Assembly: GCA_028023455.1 (NCBI GenBank)
Contig: JAQFVV010000004.1
Span: 17,608,001 to 17,672,000, forward strand
Length of the DNA: 64,000 bases
Direction: 5' to 3'
DNA from: Epiperipatus broadwayi
Lineage: Eukaryota > Animalia > Onychophora
The notes below the pieces were generated by a model. It was not told the origin of the DNA. It searched no databases and was given only the letters and a program-made list of their open reading frames with translations. Of this stretch, positions 13,864 through 26,837 are shown piece by piece; the first letter of the stretch is position 1, and each line of letters starts with the position of its first letter. The translations under genes and the position numbers were made by a program.

Positions 13864-13955
13864 AGCATTGTTAGCTGAGAGGTCAGCGCAGTCACCTTGC
13901 AAGCAAGCAGTTGGTTGCAGACGGTTGTTGCGGGTTCGCCTCCCGGCCGATGCTA
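13864..13955 (+). tRNA. tRNA-like sequence (tRNA pseudogene or SINE head); isotype not assignable
   Basis: Acceptor stem AGCATTG/CGATGCT, D-arm GCTGA-GAGG-TCAGC, T-arm CGGG-TTCGCCT-CCCG, and an extra hairpin at 13898-13919. No canonical anticodon stem. Followed by (TA)n. Confidence 0.55.
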
Positions 13956-14162
13956 TGACATATGGAAAATATATATATATATATAAAGAGAAAATTAATA
14001 ATTTGAGAAGTTCATGAGGAAAAAAAAAGGAATTAATAAAAAGGTCAACAAAATCACTAATAAAGAAATCTCTCAAAATCCACATTTAATATCTTAAGAA
14101 GTCAAAGTTGTATTGTGAAAATCAATTATATTTTGTATATATTATTTTAAAAAAATACTAAC

Positions 14163-14248
14163 CTCAAGGATGGTGATGAAGGCTGGAAAAGCATCACAAG
14201 TATACAACTGTATAATACAATACTTATATTTTAATTCTTCTTGATGAT
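14163..14248 (-). CDS. VIRMA: Virilizer/VIRMA internal exon, 86 nt, phase 1 to 0
   Basis: Acceptor ttttttaatag, donor gttagt. Reads (D)HQEELKYKYCIIQLYTCDAFPAFITILE, versus recalled human QQKDLKWNLAVIQLFSAEGMDTFIRVLQ. Confidence 0.86.
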
Positions 14249-14284
14249 CTATTAAAAAATATTTTATATTACTAGATGACAACA

Positions 14285-14495
14285 AATTATATGTTTGTAT
14301 GTATATAAAATTCGAAATTAATCTTTTTTTTTTTTACAAATAAAAAAATACATTTTCTAATTTGCAAATATTAATGTCTTTAAGAAATTATATGTTTGTG
14401 TGTATATAAAATTTAAAATTAAATTTAGAATTAATCTTTTCGTTTTTATGAATAAAAAATACATTTTTTAATTTACAAATATTAATGTCTTTAAA
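14285..14495. repeat. Diverged two-copy tandem repeat (~100-112 bp)
   Basis: aattatatgtttgt.tgtatataaaatt...caaatattaatgtctttaa occurs twice, just intron-ward of the 14249 acceptor. Confidence 0.75.
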
Positions 14496-15205
14496 ACTTT
14501 AACAATGTACTGATATTCATAACAACAGATTTGAAATCATTACCAAGTATAATAATTCTTTGTCCATTAGAACAATGCCTCTTAATCCATACTTTTTATT
14601 TCAAAGTTTATTTTATTTTGCTGCATTAAATATATATATATACATATACATAAATTACCAATGTTCAATCATTTTTATAAGATCATTGTCAAGGTACCTA
14701 TGATATATATAAAAATGAAAAATAAGGATCTATTTTTTATTGTAATTGCCAATTATTATAAGAATATAAATAGGGAAAATACATGGATAAAAATAAGCTT
14801 TGAAAACAAAAGTAGGAATTATGTTTTTAGAAAATCTAGTTTACGTTTGGAAATAAAATTGGATGTTGAATTCATGGACTTTTAAATTTTGATTTTAACT
14901 TTCATCTAATATCAAATAAAGTGTAAAAATTATTAATATTGTAAAGATGTAATAAGCATCAAATTGTAATAATCCTCTTAATTTAATTACCATAATAATA
15001 TTACATCAACAACAATATATTACAAATAAACAAATAAATAAGGACATGTGTTTAAAACAATGACTGCTAAACTTGTGAGCTAAAGATTATTGAATCAAGG
15101 ATTAACTTCTTATTTCTGCTGGTTGAACATTATGCCCTCTGAGAAACAACAATCAATTATTTATTTATTTAATAAGTATACATTTAAAATATATTCCATG
15201 TATTA

Positions 15206-15314
15206 TTATAATTGTTATATATAGAGTTTGCAAAACAAACTTATAACAAGCTTTGTAGCATACCCCCAATATCAGACCGGTTTGTTTTGCGAGTTCTATA
15301 TATAACAATTGTAA
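15206..15314. repeat. Small foldback (35-bp arms)
   Basis: ttataattgttatatatagagtttgcaaaacaaac / gtttgttttgcgagttctatatataacaattgtaa. Confidence 0.75.
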
Positions 15315-18300
15315 ACACAAGCTTTATTAAATTAGGTCATGTGACATATGACTTGATTCAATATAGTTTTTAAATTGTTATAAGATGGCAATTATGTTTT
15401 GATAAGCTTTATTTAAATATACATATATAAATTATTTAAATATTAAAATAATAAGTAAAGAATTTATTAAATTAATTAATTGATATAATGCTAATTAAAT
15501 CAGAGATATTTGTTATGTGACAAGCAATCACATAAATTAAAATTTTGCATTTTATGTGGTCAGCAGGCATTAACTATTACATCCAGTTTACATAAGCATT
15601 TGTTACTTTTTATATGTTATTTATATCTGGTCTTTTGTTTCATGTAAATCTATACTTTAAATGTTTTTTTTTTAAATTATTATTTTAGCTTTTATAATAA
15701 AATCTAGGAACAATATTAAAGAATAGTAAAACTCCATCATATGCATGTGTATTCACTAAGTTGTATTCCCTGAAAACAAGAAGATAAAATGAAAACTTTG
15801 CATTTTTGTTTTGTACATAGCCACTAAACAATACTGTCAATTGAGTTTATGTTTGACTTCATACCTTGATAAATTTCTTTAAAGATTGTGAAGTTTTAAA
15901 AAATAATCTTTATTTCATATAACTTCTATAAATAATATGATATACAACTAAATTGCATTAAGGATACAAATTATTAAAAAAATCCAAAAAATAATTTTAT
16001 ATGGTTGTCTTCATTTTTTTTTTTTTTTTTTGGTAATCAAAAGCTACTTATAAATAAATCCCATTCTGACTTCAAGAAATATATCTATATAAAGGCAAAT
16101 AATAAATAATAATATATTAGACGGGAGTTTGTGATGACTATAAAAACCAATCTGTAAATCACATATAAAACATGCTGATCCATTATTATGCTTATTTGAT
16201 ATTTTATGATGCTATCCTTTAATTTCTTGTACAACAAACTTTTTTTTCTGAAATACTTCAGCACCATGTCTAACTGTAGCTCTGCATTGAATTCTATTCT
16301 CAACCACATCTTTCCACTGAAAGCAATCAAAATTGCACCTTTTTAGAGTAATTTTGAAATACACTTTATAATATAAATAGAATCTGCATATTTCATAAAA
16401 ACTATATTCATGCTTTTTTTTTTTTAGGAAATCTGTTACTGTTCATTTATTTTATAAGCAGCAAAATGATGAACATATTGATTAATCTTATGATTGTAAC
16501 AATGTATTTACAGAGCATCCTTAAATGATATTTTTCTAAATGTTATGCCAATAGGATCTATGTCTTACTTCCAAATAATAAATTGGGTAAAAGTCTTTTA
16601 ACTTGTAGAAGTAGTGGCAGCACATTGAAGTCTGTGTTGCACCTCAACATCTAAATCCACTTTTCTATGTAAGAAGTTAAGTTATCTCTCTAAGTTGATA
16701 ACTATCCAAGCTAAAATTTGCTGCCAATTTTTGAATATTAATTACTAACCCAAGTCTTTATATGTTTTATTCGCCATATTCAATATACTTCATAAATGTT
16801 CTTACGAACTGACAAGGATAGTATAATTTAATTAGCAATATACTGATAATCCAAAGCCAAAATGACAAAGTTCTTGTTTCACATTTGGATACCTACATCA
16901 TGAAATTGCTTACAAACAATTCAAAGACCACAGTTATTAAAATTGAAAACAATGTTGGAGCTAATATACATTCTTGTTTAACACTAGTATTTATTTCAAA
17001 TACATCATATTTTCCACCTGTAGTAATAATACTTTCTCTCATCTCATCACACAGAAGTTGTATAATATGAATAAACTTTAGTGGAAGACTTATTAGTTTC
17101 AAACAGTGCTGCAGACTTGTTCAATTAATAGAATCAATAAAAGCAACATATAAATGACTCCTTTGTTAATGATACTTTTTTTTGCATTTTCCTGGCAGTA
17201 TGATCCATGTTTATTAACCAATTCAAGAAAATCCTTTAAAGTATCTTTGTTGTAGTGGATAACAATGATATTACACAGAAATTAATACACTTTGATTATC
17301 CTCTTTATTTTTAAAAATGTGAACAATAGAAGCATTCTGAAGATGAGGTAACACAATTTTATGATTCCATACTTTTCTAAAAAATTCAAATAATTTTGAA
17401 GCTAAAATAGTTTTGAAATCTTAAAAAAAAGAAAGAAATGCTGCACATATGCTGACGAGATACTTGGAAAAGTAATATGTTTAAAAATTTCTCCATGTAT
17501 CTCAGAAGGACTTGAAACTTTGCATTTTGAAGATTAAAAAGATCTCTTTCAACTTCACTAAGCTGGATATTTTTGTCTAAAACTAAATGAATAGACAGAG
17601 TGGAAATGTCATTAAAAGTCATCAACTCAATTCTTCTACCATTATTCAAAAGATGATCAAAAATATTCCCATGACTAACTGTATATCATTGTAATCATAT
17701 AAGAGTGTTATGATGGACTTAAGAGAATTATGATATAGTTTTTAAGATTCACGACTAACTGTCTATCATTGTAATCATATAAGAGTATCACAGATAATTT
17801 TAATATAATTACAATATAGTTTTTAAGATCCATATATTATTTTTAATACATAAAAAAAAAGATCTAATGTGATCATAATACGTGAATAATTGCATTTTCT
17901 TTACAATTTTAACTCTTCTTGTCAGTTGTTGAACTTCTATATTTAAATTCATATATTGGTTATAAAGCTCCACATTTAATTTATTATTCTACCAATAAGA
18001 AAATGCCACATTCCCTTTCAATAAATCACTAATAATAGAATTATTATCAGAGAACCAGATGTGATTCCTTTTTTTAGTAAACCTAAGTACAGATTTATTT
18101 ATATTTATAATAGGCCTATTATGAGATTATACTTTGGAAATATGACATATTTGAAACTCCAAAGTAGCAATTTTAGTTTTAATAGCTGTTGAAATTTAGC
18201 ATGAATAGTAGATACTTTTAAAGAATGAAAATCAAGTTTCTTGCAGATTTGATTGAAATCAGAAATATTTTTAAATGCAACTATCATTTTAATTTAAAGC

Positions 18301-18840
18301 ATACTAACTTATGAATTTCTTTTGTATTATAATCCTAACTAGAATATAGACTATTAATTACCATTGTTTTAAGAATGAATGCATCAAAGTCCCTTTATAA
18401 CAACTTTTCTGATTAGACAAAATGTTTGTGATATTCAATCCATGTGTTGAAAAAAATTTCAACAATAATTCACATTTAAGTTCCACAGTGCCAATACCAT
18501 TATTTCAACAACTTTTATCCAAAGTTTATTGTTGTACCAACGTGTGCACTAAAATCTCCAAAAAGAAAAATTCAATAATGCAATCCAGCAAAGAACAAAA
18601 ACTTCCTTTCTCTGAATTTTATGAATCTACACTAATATAATGAGTACAAGCATGGTTGTGCAAGCCAAGTTTCAATATTATTACTCTTTCACTGATACAT
18701 CAAAGAATTTCAGTTTGATCTTGCAACAAATCCAACACCATCAAATTTGCTGTTATTGACTGATCTGCCCTTATTTAAAAATTGTAGCAATTTATCTGTT
18801 CTACTAAACTTCATTTCACTAGAAAACAACTTTCATAAAT

Positions 18841-19118
18841 CACATGATCACTATCTCATACTAGCACAATAATTGTTATTAAACAATTCAAAACAAAACA
18901 ACACTCTCCATATAGTAGTGCCATCTTGTGCTAACAAGAGCAATCAATGGATGCCAGAAGGCTCCTCACTGATGAAGGCCACAAGCCAGAAACTAGTCTG
19001 GGGATATTGGATGAGTAGGCATTAGATAGGGATTTTATGCACAAGCCTTCTGGCATCCATTGATTGCTCTTGTTAGCACAAGATGGCACTACTATATGGA
19101 GAGTGTTGTTTTGTTTTG
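18841..19118 (+). mobile_element. Family A hammerhead-bearing foldback insertion with 13-bp TSD
   Basis: Perfect 77-bp inverted repeat (18887-18963/19044-19120). Direct repeat aactttcataaat at 18828-18840 and 19119-19131. Confidence 0.85.
18963..19004 (+). ncRNA. Minimal type-I hammerhead ribozyme motif (intact core)
   Basis: Stem I TCCTCA/TGGGGA; CTGATGA 18969-18975; stem II GGC-cacaa-GCC; GAAA 18989-18992; palindromic ACTAGT helix III; predicted GUC cleavage after 18998. The stem II base is an A.A mismatch. Confidence 0.75.
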
Positions 19119-20304
19119 AACTTTCATAAATAACAATTATACTGAGCTTAAATCTTGACAGCTACTTAGCTACTGTAGCTTAAAAATTGGATCAAATAAT
19201 TATGCATATTCCATGTTCCTATATTTAGAAAAAACGTATATTTAAAATATCTTTATTATTACCACCGATTTACTACTATTAGTAATAATGATTTTACAAT
19301 TATTTTTATCATTTAATAAGTAATTTCCTAAGTATGATAATCTAGTCAGACTGTGTTAGGTCATTTTTAGGGCATGTTTTCTAGATGCTTTCCAATTCTC
19401 TGATAGGAAAAGTAATCTTATAAAAAGAATTGCCTAAATAAAGAATTTTTTCCAGCTGAAACCCTTGTAGCAAACCCAGTTCAATATAATTTATTAGATA
19501 TGGCATTGATTTGAACAAAAATTAAAGCTAAGACATATTTACTAAATCTTTCCATATAATTGCTTTTCTTAGTGCCTGAAGGCTTGTATTAAAAAAAAAT
19601 GGAAAAGAGATTGGAATCAGAATTGCTGTGTAGTTAAATTAATTAAAGATGGAAATATGATTGCAAAATATACAATTACATTATCACATTAAGTATAGGG
19701 AGAGAGGCTAACAATGACTTGATCCTACATTACCTAATGTGATTGAAGACAAAAAAAAAAAGGAGGTAGATAAAATTATATCAGAAACAACATCTAGATT
19801 TTGATGAACCAACATTTCTTACAAGCCCTCATATATGAAGGTCATTCTACTATTCACCACTTACAAACTTCATCAGTAACCTTATTATAGTACTCAAGTT
19901 ATCAAATAGCAACATTCTAAGAATTTTCAATTCAATGATAAGAGAAGTCTAGTAAAATAATCTGAGCTAACTTAATAATGAGTTAATGTACAAATATGGT
20001 TCAATATTTACATGCGCTTTTAAGTGCAAATGTTGCATAATTTTCAGATAATTGAAAAATTAAAAAATTGCATTTTAATCCTGAATCTTTCTATCAAATG
20101 AAAATTACAATAACTAAGAAATTAAAATTCATACTATAAGTAATTTCAAAAAAATACTGATACAGTCTTAATTAATTACAGATTCCATTAATTAATCATA
20201 AATAAATTTATACTTTACAATTATCTTCACTGAAAATAAAAATAAAAAATATTATGACAAACCAATCATAAACATAATAATACAACAACAAATATATGTC
20301 AAAC

Positions 20305-20511
20305 CTTCATGTTTAAAATCCACTTCTGGCGTAACACAAATATGTTTTAATATTCTTAGAGTGGTGATCAACCCAGCTGGCAAATTTAAAATATCATCCA
20401 TATACAGACGCAAACAACCAATTAAATGGGGAACAGCTTCATAGTTATAACTACAGATTTTCTTACATGGTTCAAGCCAATTACTTAATTCAGTAATTTT
20501 TGAAGTTGCTT
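20305..20511 (-). CDS. VIRMA: Virilizer/VIRMA internal exon, 207 nt, phase 1 to 1
   Basis: Acceptor cttatatttag, donor gtttga. Reads (E)ATSKITELSNWLEPCKKICSYNYEAVPHLIGCLRLYMDDILNLPAGLITTLRILKHICVTPEVDFKHE, versus recalled human AKLQELGKWLEPLK...GLTTALRVLCNVACPPP. Confidence 0.88.
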
Positions 20512-21129
20512 CTAAATATAAGTAACAAAAATATCAATATAAATAATGATTAGTAGAAAGACTAAAATTCAAAAAATATAAAGCATTATCATTTCATAAT
20601 TACAACAAGAAAATGGCTACAAATACATTTAAAAAAACCCCCCAATCCCCTGTAAAAAATGAAGGAGGGGTTGGCTCCCCCTCATCCCCTTCGTTTGGGG
20701 TTGGTCTTGGGGGGGTTTGTCTAAAAAATAAAAAATTTTTTTGACATTTTAAATGGTTAAATAAAAAGATAATAATTGTAAGTATTAAAAAGATTTTATA
20801 AATATTCCATCATTCAATAAAAATTCTAATATAAAAAAAATCAACCAATATTTTAACTTAATTATACATGTTCACTTTCTCCCACGTACTTCTCACAATT
20901 GCCAAATGATATATTTATTACACAGAAATAAAAAAAAAAACCCAATTATTTATTTATACTATTAAAATTTACTGTTTGTAGGCACCTATAATCGTGAACA
21001 TATTTTATGTAAGAAAAAGTTTTTTTGAATTTTTTCGATATTTTTTTATTTACATTTTTAACTAGAATAATAACAGCATTAAAAATCATAATATAGATCT
21101 AATATGGTTTATTGAGTTCAGTATAAAAA

Positions 21130-22310
21130 TATATATGTAAAAATTTAATTAGAGAGACATATTTATTAAGTGATTACTAGATATTTTATTGTATTTAAAT
21201 CTCTATTCCCAGACTGCTGTCTAGCTTTTGCCTTTATCAATGAGGCTTTGTGTAGGAAGCTGTGCAGTTAAGCATCCACTATCAGCTTTTAACTTTATTT
21301 TGTTATTCAAGCTATAGTCAATTTTCTTGAACATATTTATAAATTGAACTCCAGTTCAGTATCTATATATTTTATTATCTTCAGTTCTTTATTAATTATG
21401 GGCAATTTATTTTCTTGACTAAGAATGTTAATAATAACAGCAAATCATTTGATTTTCAAACACGCACAACATATGATAAAACAAGACACAATTTTCTACT
21501 CTAGTGCCATCTACAATAAGCTTAAATAATTAATGATTACCAGACACTTTATTGCATTTAAATCTCTTTCTCCAGACTAATTTCTGGCTTTTGTCTTTAT
21601 CAATAAAATTTTCAAAGTTAAACGCAATGCCACCAAATATTTAACAACTAACTTTAATTCTTCCATTTTACTATTCAAGTTCAACTTCTATAATTTTTAA
21701 CTTGAATAGTAAAATTGAATTAAAGTTGATGACTGAATGCGAGACTGCACTGATTTCAACTTTGATTCTCAAAACTTCATTGATAAAGACAAAAGCCAAT
21801 TTCGTGATGGTCATGTAAATGCAATCAAGAATCCTGTAATCACCAGTTATTCAAATTTACAATAGATAATATTAAAGTAGAAAGTTGTTTTTGTTTTATT
21901 ATGTGCCAGTTGGAGAATTAAGTGATAATCTGTGACAAACATTCCTAGCTAGTGAAATAAGATACCTACAGTTAATAAAGAATTAAAAATATTAAAATAA
22001 ATAGATAACCAACTGCAATCAAATCTATGCAACTATTAAAGTAGATTGATTTGAGTCCAAACCATTAAGCCGATTCGAATTGTAAATTATTAACTTGAAT
22101 AGTAAAATGGACTTAAAAGCAGTTATTGGATGCTTGGCAATATTGTTTTGAACTTTGAATCCCAAAGGCTTATTGATAAAACCAAAAATAAGAGATGGGA
22201 ATTTAAAAGTAATAAAATATCTGCTAATCTCTGATTACTTAAAGCTTACAATAAATGGGGTTAGAATAGTGGGTTGTTCTTGTTTTACCATATATTGTGT
22301 GAGCTAAAGA
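21130..22310. mobile_element. Nested tandem-plus-inverted array of a decayed PLE-type terminal repeat
   Basis: Two minus-oriented copies followed by two plus-oriented copies around a centre near 21690 (perfect core ttttactattcaagtt/aacttgaatagtaaaa). Copies retain decayed hammerhead-like strings such as ttgataaagacaaaagccagaaattagtctgg. Confidence 0.65.
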
Positions 22311-25300
22311 ATTAAGAGATTTGCTGTTTATTAATGTACTATGTATAATTTAATTTGTTAATTGCTTAATCAATGCATGAAGTAATTTAAAAATGTATTA
22401 ATGGATTTTCTTTTATAATATTTCATAGAGAGTTGAAATATATAAATTGTTTTTAAAATCACATTTAATGGTCTTGTATCTTTTTTAATTTAGAATGCAA
22501 CTTACTAAAAAAAAAAAAAAAAAAAAAAAGAGACTGAACTCTATTTTCCATATAAAAGTACTGTTTGGAATAAAGGTAAATTTTGAAATTATTAATCTGA
22601 ATAAATATGATATGTGATTAAACTGCTGACAAATCCCTCTCCAAGTAATTATTTTCAAAGCTCAGTGTAATATCTAATCAAGCATCTTCATATACTCAAA
22701 TCTAAAAAAATATTAAAAAAAAACTGCAAATATTACAATGCAAAATTAAGAATAACCATCTTAAAATCAGATAAATACTATAAAAAAATGATGATCTGAC
22801 TATCATTTTAAAAAGAAAATATTCTTCACTAATCTTAAGAAAACTATAGAAGCTTTAAATGTTTCACTATGCAAAAGCACCATCACATGTGTGCATAATC
22901 AAATCTGGTAATGCATTTGTCATTCTTTTTGATGATATCAGCCTTCACATTTAAAAATCTGTGAAATAACATCATTAAACTTAAGTTAAAACAAAATTCA
23001 TTTACTCTGAAATAACTTTGTTGCTGCATTATTATAATTAAAATATTTAATATACAATAACTTGTTTTAGAATATATTTTGATATAATATAATGGTGATA
23101 GTTTTTACAATATAAAGAAGAATTTAGCAAAGCATATTTAAATAATATTGAGCACCACAATAATGGCATGCAAAATTATTCCCTCATCATAAAGAACATT
23201 GTCCAATAAAAAAATATTTCATTATATAAAAGTAAATATTGAGAAGATTATACATATATAAGTGAATATTAATTAAAGTACATTAACATAACATGTAAAA
23301 GGTGTATAATAATGATGATGATAATTGAATGGTTTATTGCTTAGGAAAGTGACATAGCTGGGCTGCGATATGTGTATATATGTATAAAAAATTTTTAATG
23401 TTTAAGATTAATGCTCCAGTAATATTCAAATCAATGAAATTAATTTCCAATATATTTTCTATGAATTAAAGAAACCATTTAAGGATATGAATTTTGAGAA
23501 GATAATGTTTTAATATTGTATTTAAATAAAAAAAATGCTTTAATGTATTAAATAGGAATCAAAATTGCAACCACATATGTTAAACTTTGAAATTATTTTG
23601 GGAATGAAATGCCAAAAATATTTTAAATTTATGAAAATGATTACATTTCCTATGACTTTTTACAACAAATTTTTATTGTTTTATTCATGCATGTCACATG
23701 TATATTCCTATGATTAGCAATCACACGTCCGAGAATATTAGAGAGGAGGAAAAATAGACATTAAGCTATATATCACTATCAAATTGGAAACATGAATGTT
23801 TTATAAATGACGTAATAAACAATTTTTAAGTAAGTCAAAAAATTTATTAAGCTAGGGATGAAATTAACAAAACTTTGCATAAAAGCCAGTCTAAGAATGA
23901 TCAAATATTTTGTTTTATTTGAACCGTGCATCATAATTAACTAAGTCCTTCATATGAGCTAAGTCATTAAAAATACCAAAGAATATCATGAAATCATGGA
24001 TGCAGTTAACAAAATAGCCAGATCAAAAAAACATTAAGTATTTTGTTTATTAAAGCCTTGCATAGCATCTAAAAAAGTTCAGTAAATGATCATCTTTAAA
24101 GAATATAATCCGTCTATCCCAAGCAAGAAAATCATGGTTCAATTCATAAAAGAATCAGTCTGAAAAAATAAAATCCAAAAAATACTGGGTCATTTGATTA
24201 TGATATATCCCTGTGCAGTGAACACGTTTTGCATTAAAATTGTGATATTTGTAATAATTCTATGTATAAAATTTTCATTTGTTGTGAAAACAGATGTAAA
24301 GATACAAAAATATATTACTAAAATATTGAGATATTTATTAAAGCAACCTTAATTTGAATATAAGTACAGATTTCATTATTATATTCATTTGAGTCCAATC
24401 CTATGATATGCATATTAAAGAAAGGATATCCCCAGACTTGTATGTATATGTCAAATGGCTATGCACACATAATGTTAGCAATCACACAGACACACGTTGA
24501 CTATTAGAATTATTTCAATTTAAAATTTAAACTATGCTGAGAAATTTTTAATTGTGATTAATCCACAAATATATTATAAAAGTCAAGAATTAATTAAGCA
24601 ATAATCAAATTAGATTTAAGTATTATTATTTAATGCTACCATAGAATTGAACTTAATATTCCATAAGCATAGTAACGGAAAAAGGACACACATAACTTAT
24701 CATTTATAAAATTGATTTCAGATCAATACTGAATGAACAATGATTATCTTTTAAGTAAGTACGAAACAAATCACCTTCATATATTTTTATTTTATTGTAT
24801 GTAGTCTTCTTCTCGTTATACTAATATAATAAATATATTATTAACATTACTTAGGTTCTGATAATTTGCTGATAAACTTTAAACAGTAAAGCTAGTAAAT
24901 TACTCTCATAATAAAACTATTTATGCCAATTTAGGTTTAGGGGCATATTAACAAATTGCAAGCTAAAACACGTAAGTTATTTTATATTTATTAGTAATTT
25001 TATTTGTGTTATATAATCATTAATTAGTCTCATTAAAAAAAGCCTCAAAACTACAAGAAGTCAGGCAAAGCTTGTCAAATAGGAGTATAACAGCTATATG
25101 AAGATCACTAACAAAGAAAGAAGTAAAATTAACCCAAGACAACCTATTAAAAAAAACATTAGAAGATATGTCATGATTTATTATGTATAGTTTTAAAATT
25201 TTATATTTGCATATGAATAAGTAGCCAAATTTCTGAAATAAGGATGATGATAATCAGTGCAACTATCATCATAAAAATGATTTATTACTATTTTTTAATA

Positions 25301-25599
25301 CATTTATACCCTTGAACATTATATGTTTAATATTACAACTTTCAAATAAAATTTCCATTTTAAAAAGTTTACTTGAAAATCTAATCCTATAATATAGAGT
25401 GGAATTTTGTAATTATTTTAAAACTAAATCAAAAAATGGAATATTGAAATAAAATATTTCAATTGAAAATTTTTTGTGCCTTGAAATTTATTTATTTTAA
25501 AACCATCAAAACATCACATGATCACCTTTTCATATGCTTACAAATGCTGTTAATAAGAGTATTGATGTGACATGATGCACTATAGTTTTTCCTTTCTCA

Positions 25600-26830
25600 G
25601 AATCAGGAATCTCTCAGCCACAATGCCCAGAGAAATCTGTTAGCCATTTTATCTTCCCCTTCCAGTCTCCACCCTAAGTTTTTCCCATATTCTTCACTAT
25701 CCTGCTCCATCCTATTACCACAACATTATCTTTATCAACTCTAACCCTTTATATCTAAATCCTCTTTAACTTTTCCCAAACCCAGCATAAAAACCAAAAA
25801 CCCACTTTCTGTATAATCATTTTGTTTATATTTTTTCTCCTACTATTGCATTATTTGTACCTCTTCTGCTTGTAGGCATTAACTTTCAATTAACAGATGT
25901 CTAATATTTTCTGTGCCTTCCTTATATAACTTGCAGCCTAAATCACACATATTTTTCCATTTATGTATATATTTTCTTGTTGCTAATGATCCTGTTTGAG
26001 CCTTAAACAGTAAACTACTTTCCTCACTATTATCATAAATTAATTTTACTTCTATATATATTTAAACTCCTTTTACCCTCCATATTAGTTCTCGAACTCC
26101 CTATTTTTTATTATGGCATCTAACTCAACAATTCTCCTAACACAATCATCTCACCTTTTGTATAAATATACTGACATAAATTCTTTATCTAAATCTTCTG
26201 CATACCGTACTACCTTCCTCACCCATCTTGTTGCCTGTCTTTTACTCATACAATTAAATACTATATTTGGCTATTCTCCCATTATCCAAAAATTGCATCT
26301 ACTGAATATTTTAATTTTGCTTTTTGCATCTCTTATATAAAAACATAACCATCCCATTTCTCCCTGAATTGCCTTCTTTGCCGTCCACACATCTGCATCT
26401 AATGCATGTTTTCCTATTTCTCTTTGTAGTCTTTCTAAGTAATCTAACCACCCTTTACTAACACATAACACATCATTACCATAAGTTAACCATGCTATTG
26501 CCACTCCCTTCCATACAATTCTAGCTTTACCATAAGTTAACCATGCTATTGCCACTCCCTTCCATACAATTCTAGCTACATCATATTCATTACATGAAAA
26601 CACTGTTAATTTCTTTATCTGTCTCTTTCTTTTCTTTGCTTCATTTATCAATTTTTTCTCCCACTCATCCAAGCAATTTTTCTGATTACTTAAGACAATT
26701 CACAAATAGTTATACCTATTCACCACATTTAATTTTATACTTCCCCCAAATAAAAACTCTTTCTCTTCTCTTTCCTCAGTATTTATCATCATTAGTTTTG
26801 AATTTTTCTTCACTAAATTTAATCCCCATC
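25600..26830 (-). mobile_element. Non-LTR retrotransposon 3' fragment (RT C-terminus)
   Basis: ORF 26271-26672 (WKGVAI..LTYG...LERLQREIGKHAL...AIQGEMGW) is typical of the post-RT region of LINE ORF2. Contains a perfect in-frame 51-bp tandem duplication (26476-26577). Confidence 0.7.
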
Positions 26831-26837
26831 TCTACCA

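Larger units (their letters stand above)
16450..19180 (-). mobile_element. Decayed RTE-clade LINE (APE endonuclease plus RT), interrupted at 18841-19118
   Basis: Endonuclease remnants DGVGF, DFSAHVG and LLLKF..HGLNITN (~18400-18760). RT remnant SVKQECILAPTLFSI (ORF 16893-17102) and DLDVEVQHRL (~16640). Confidence 0.75.

Noticed and set aside
13864-13955. tRNA-Sec call
   Set aside because: A 9/4 fold is possible, but there is no TCA anticodon and the anticodon stem does not pair.
23100-24500. Possible DNA-transposase remnant
   Set aside because: No convincing DDE motif or TIR could be read, so it is left unannotated.
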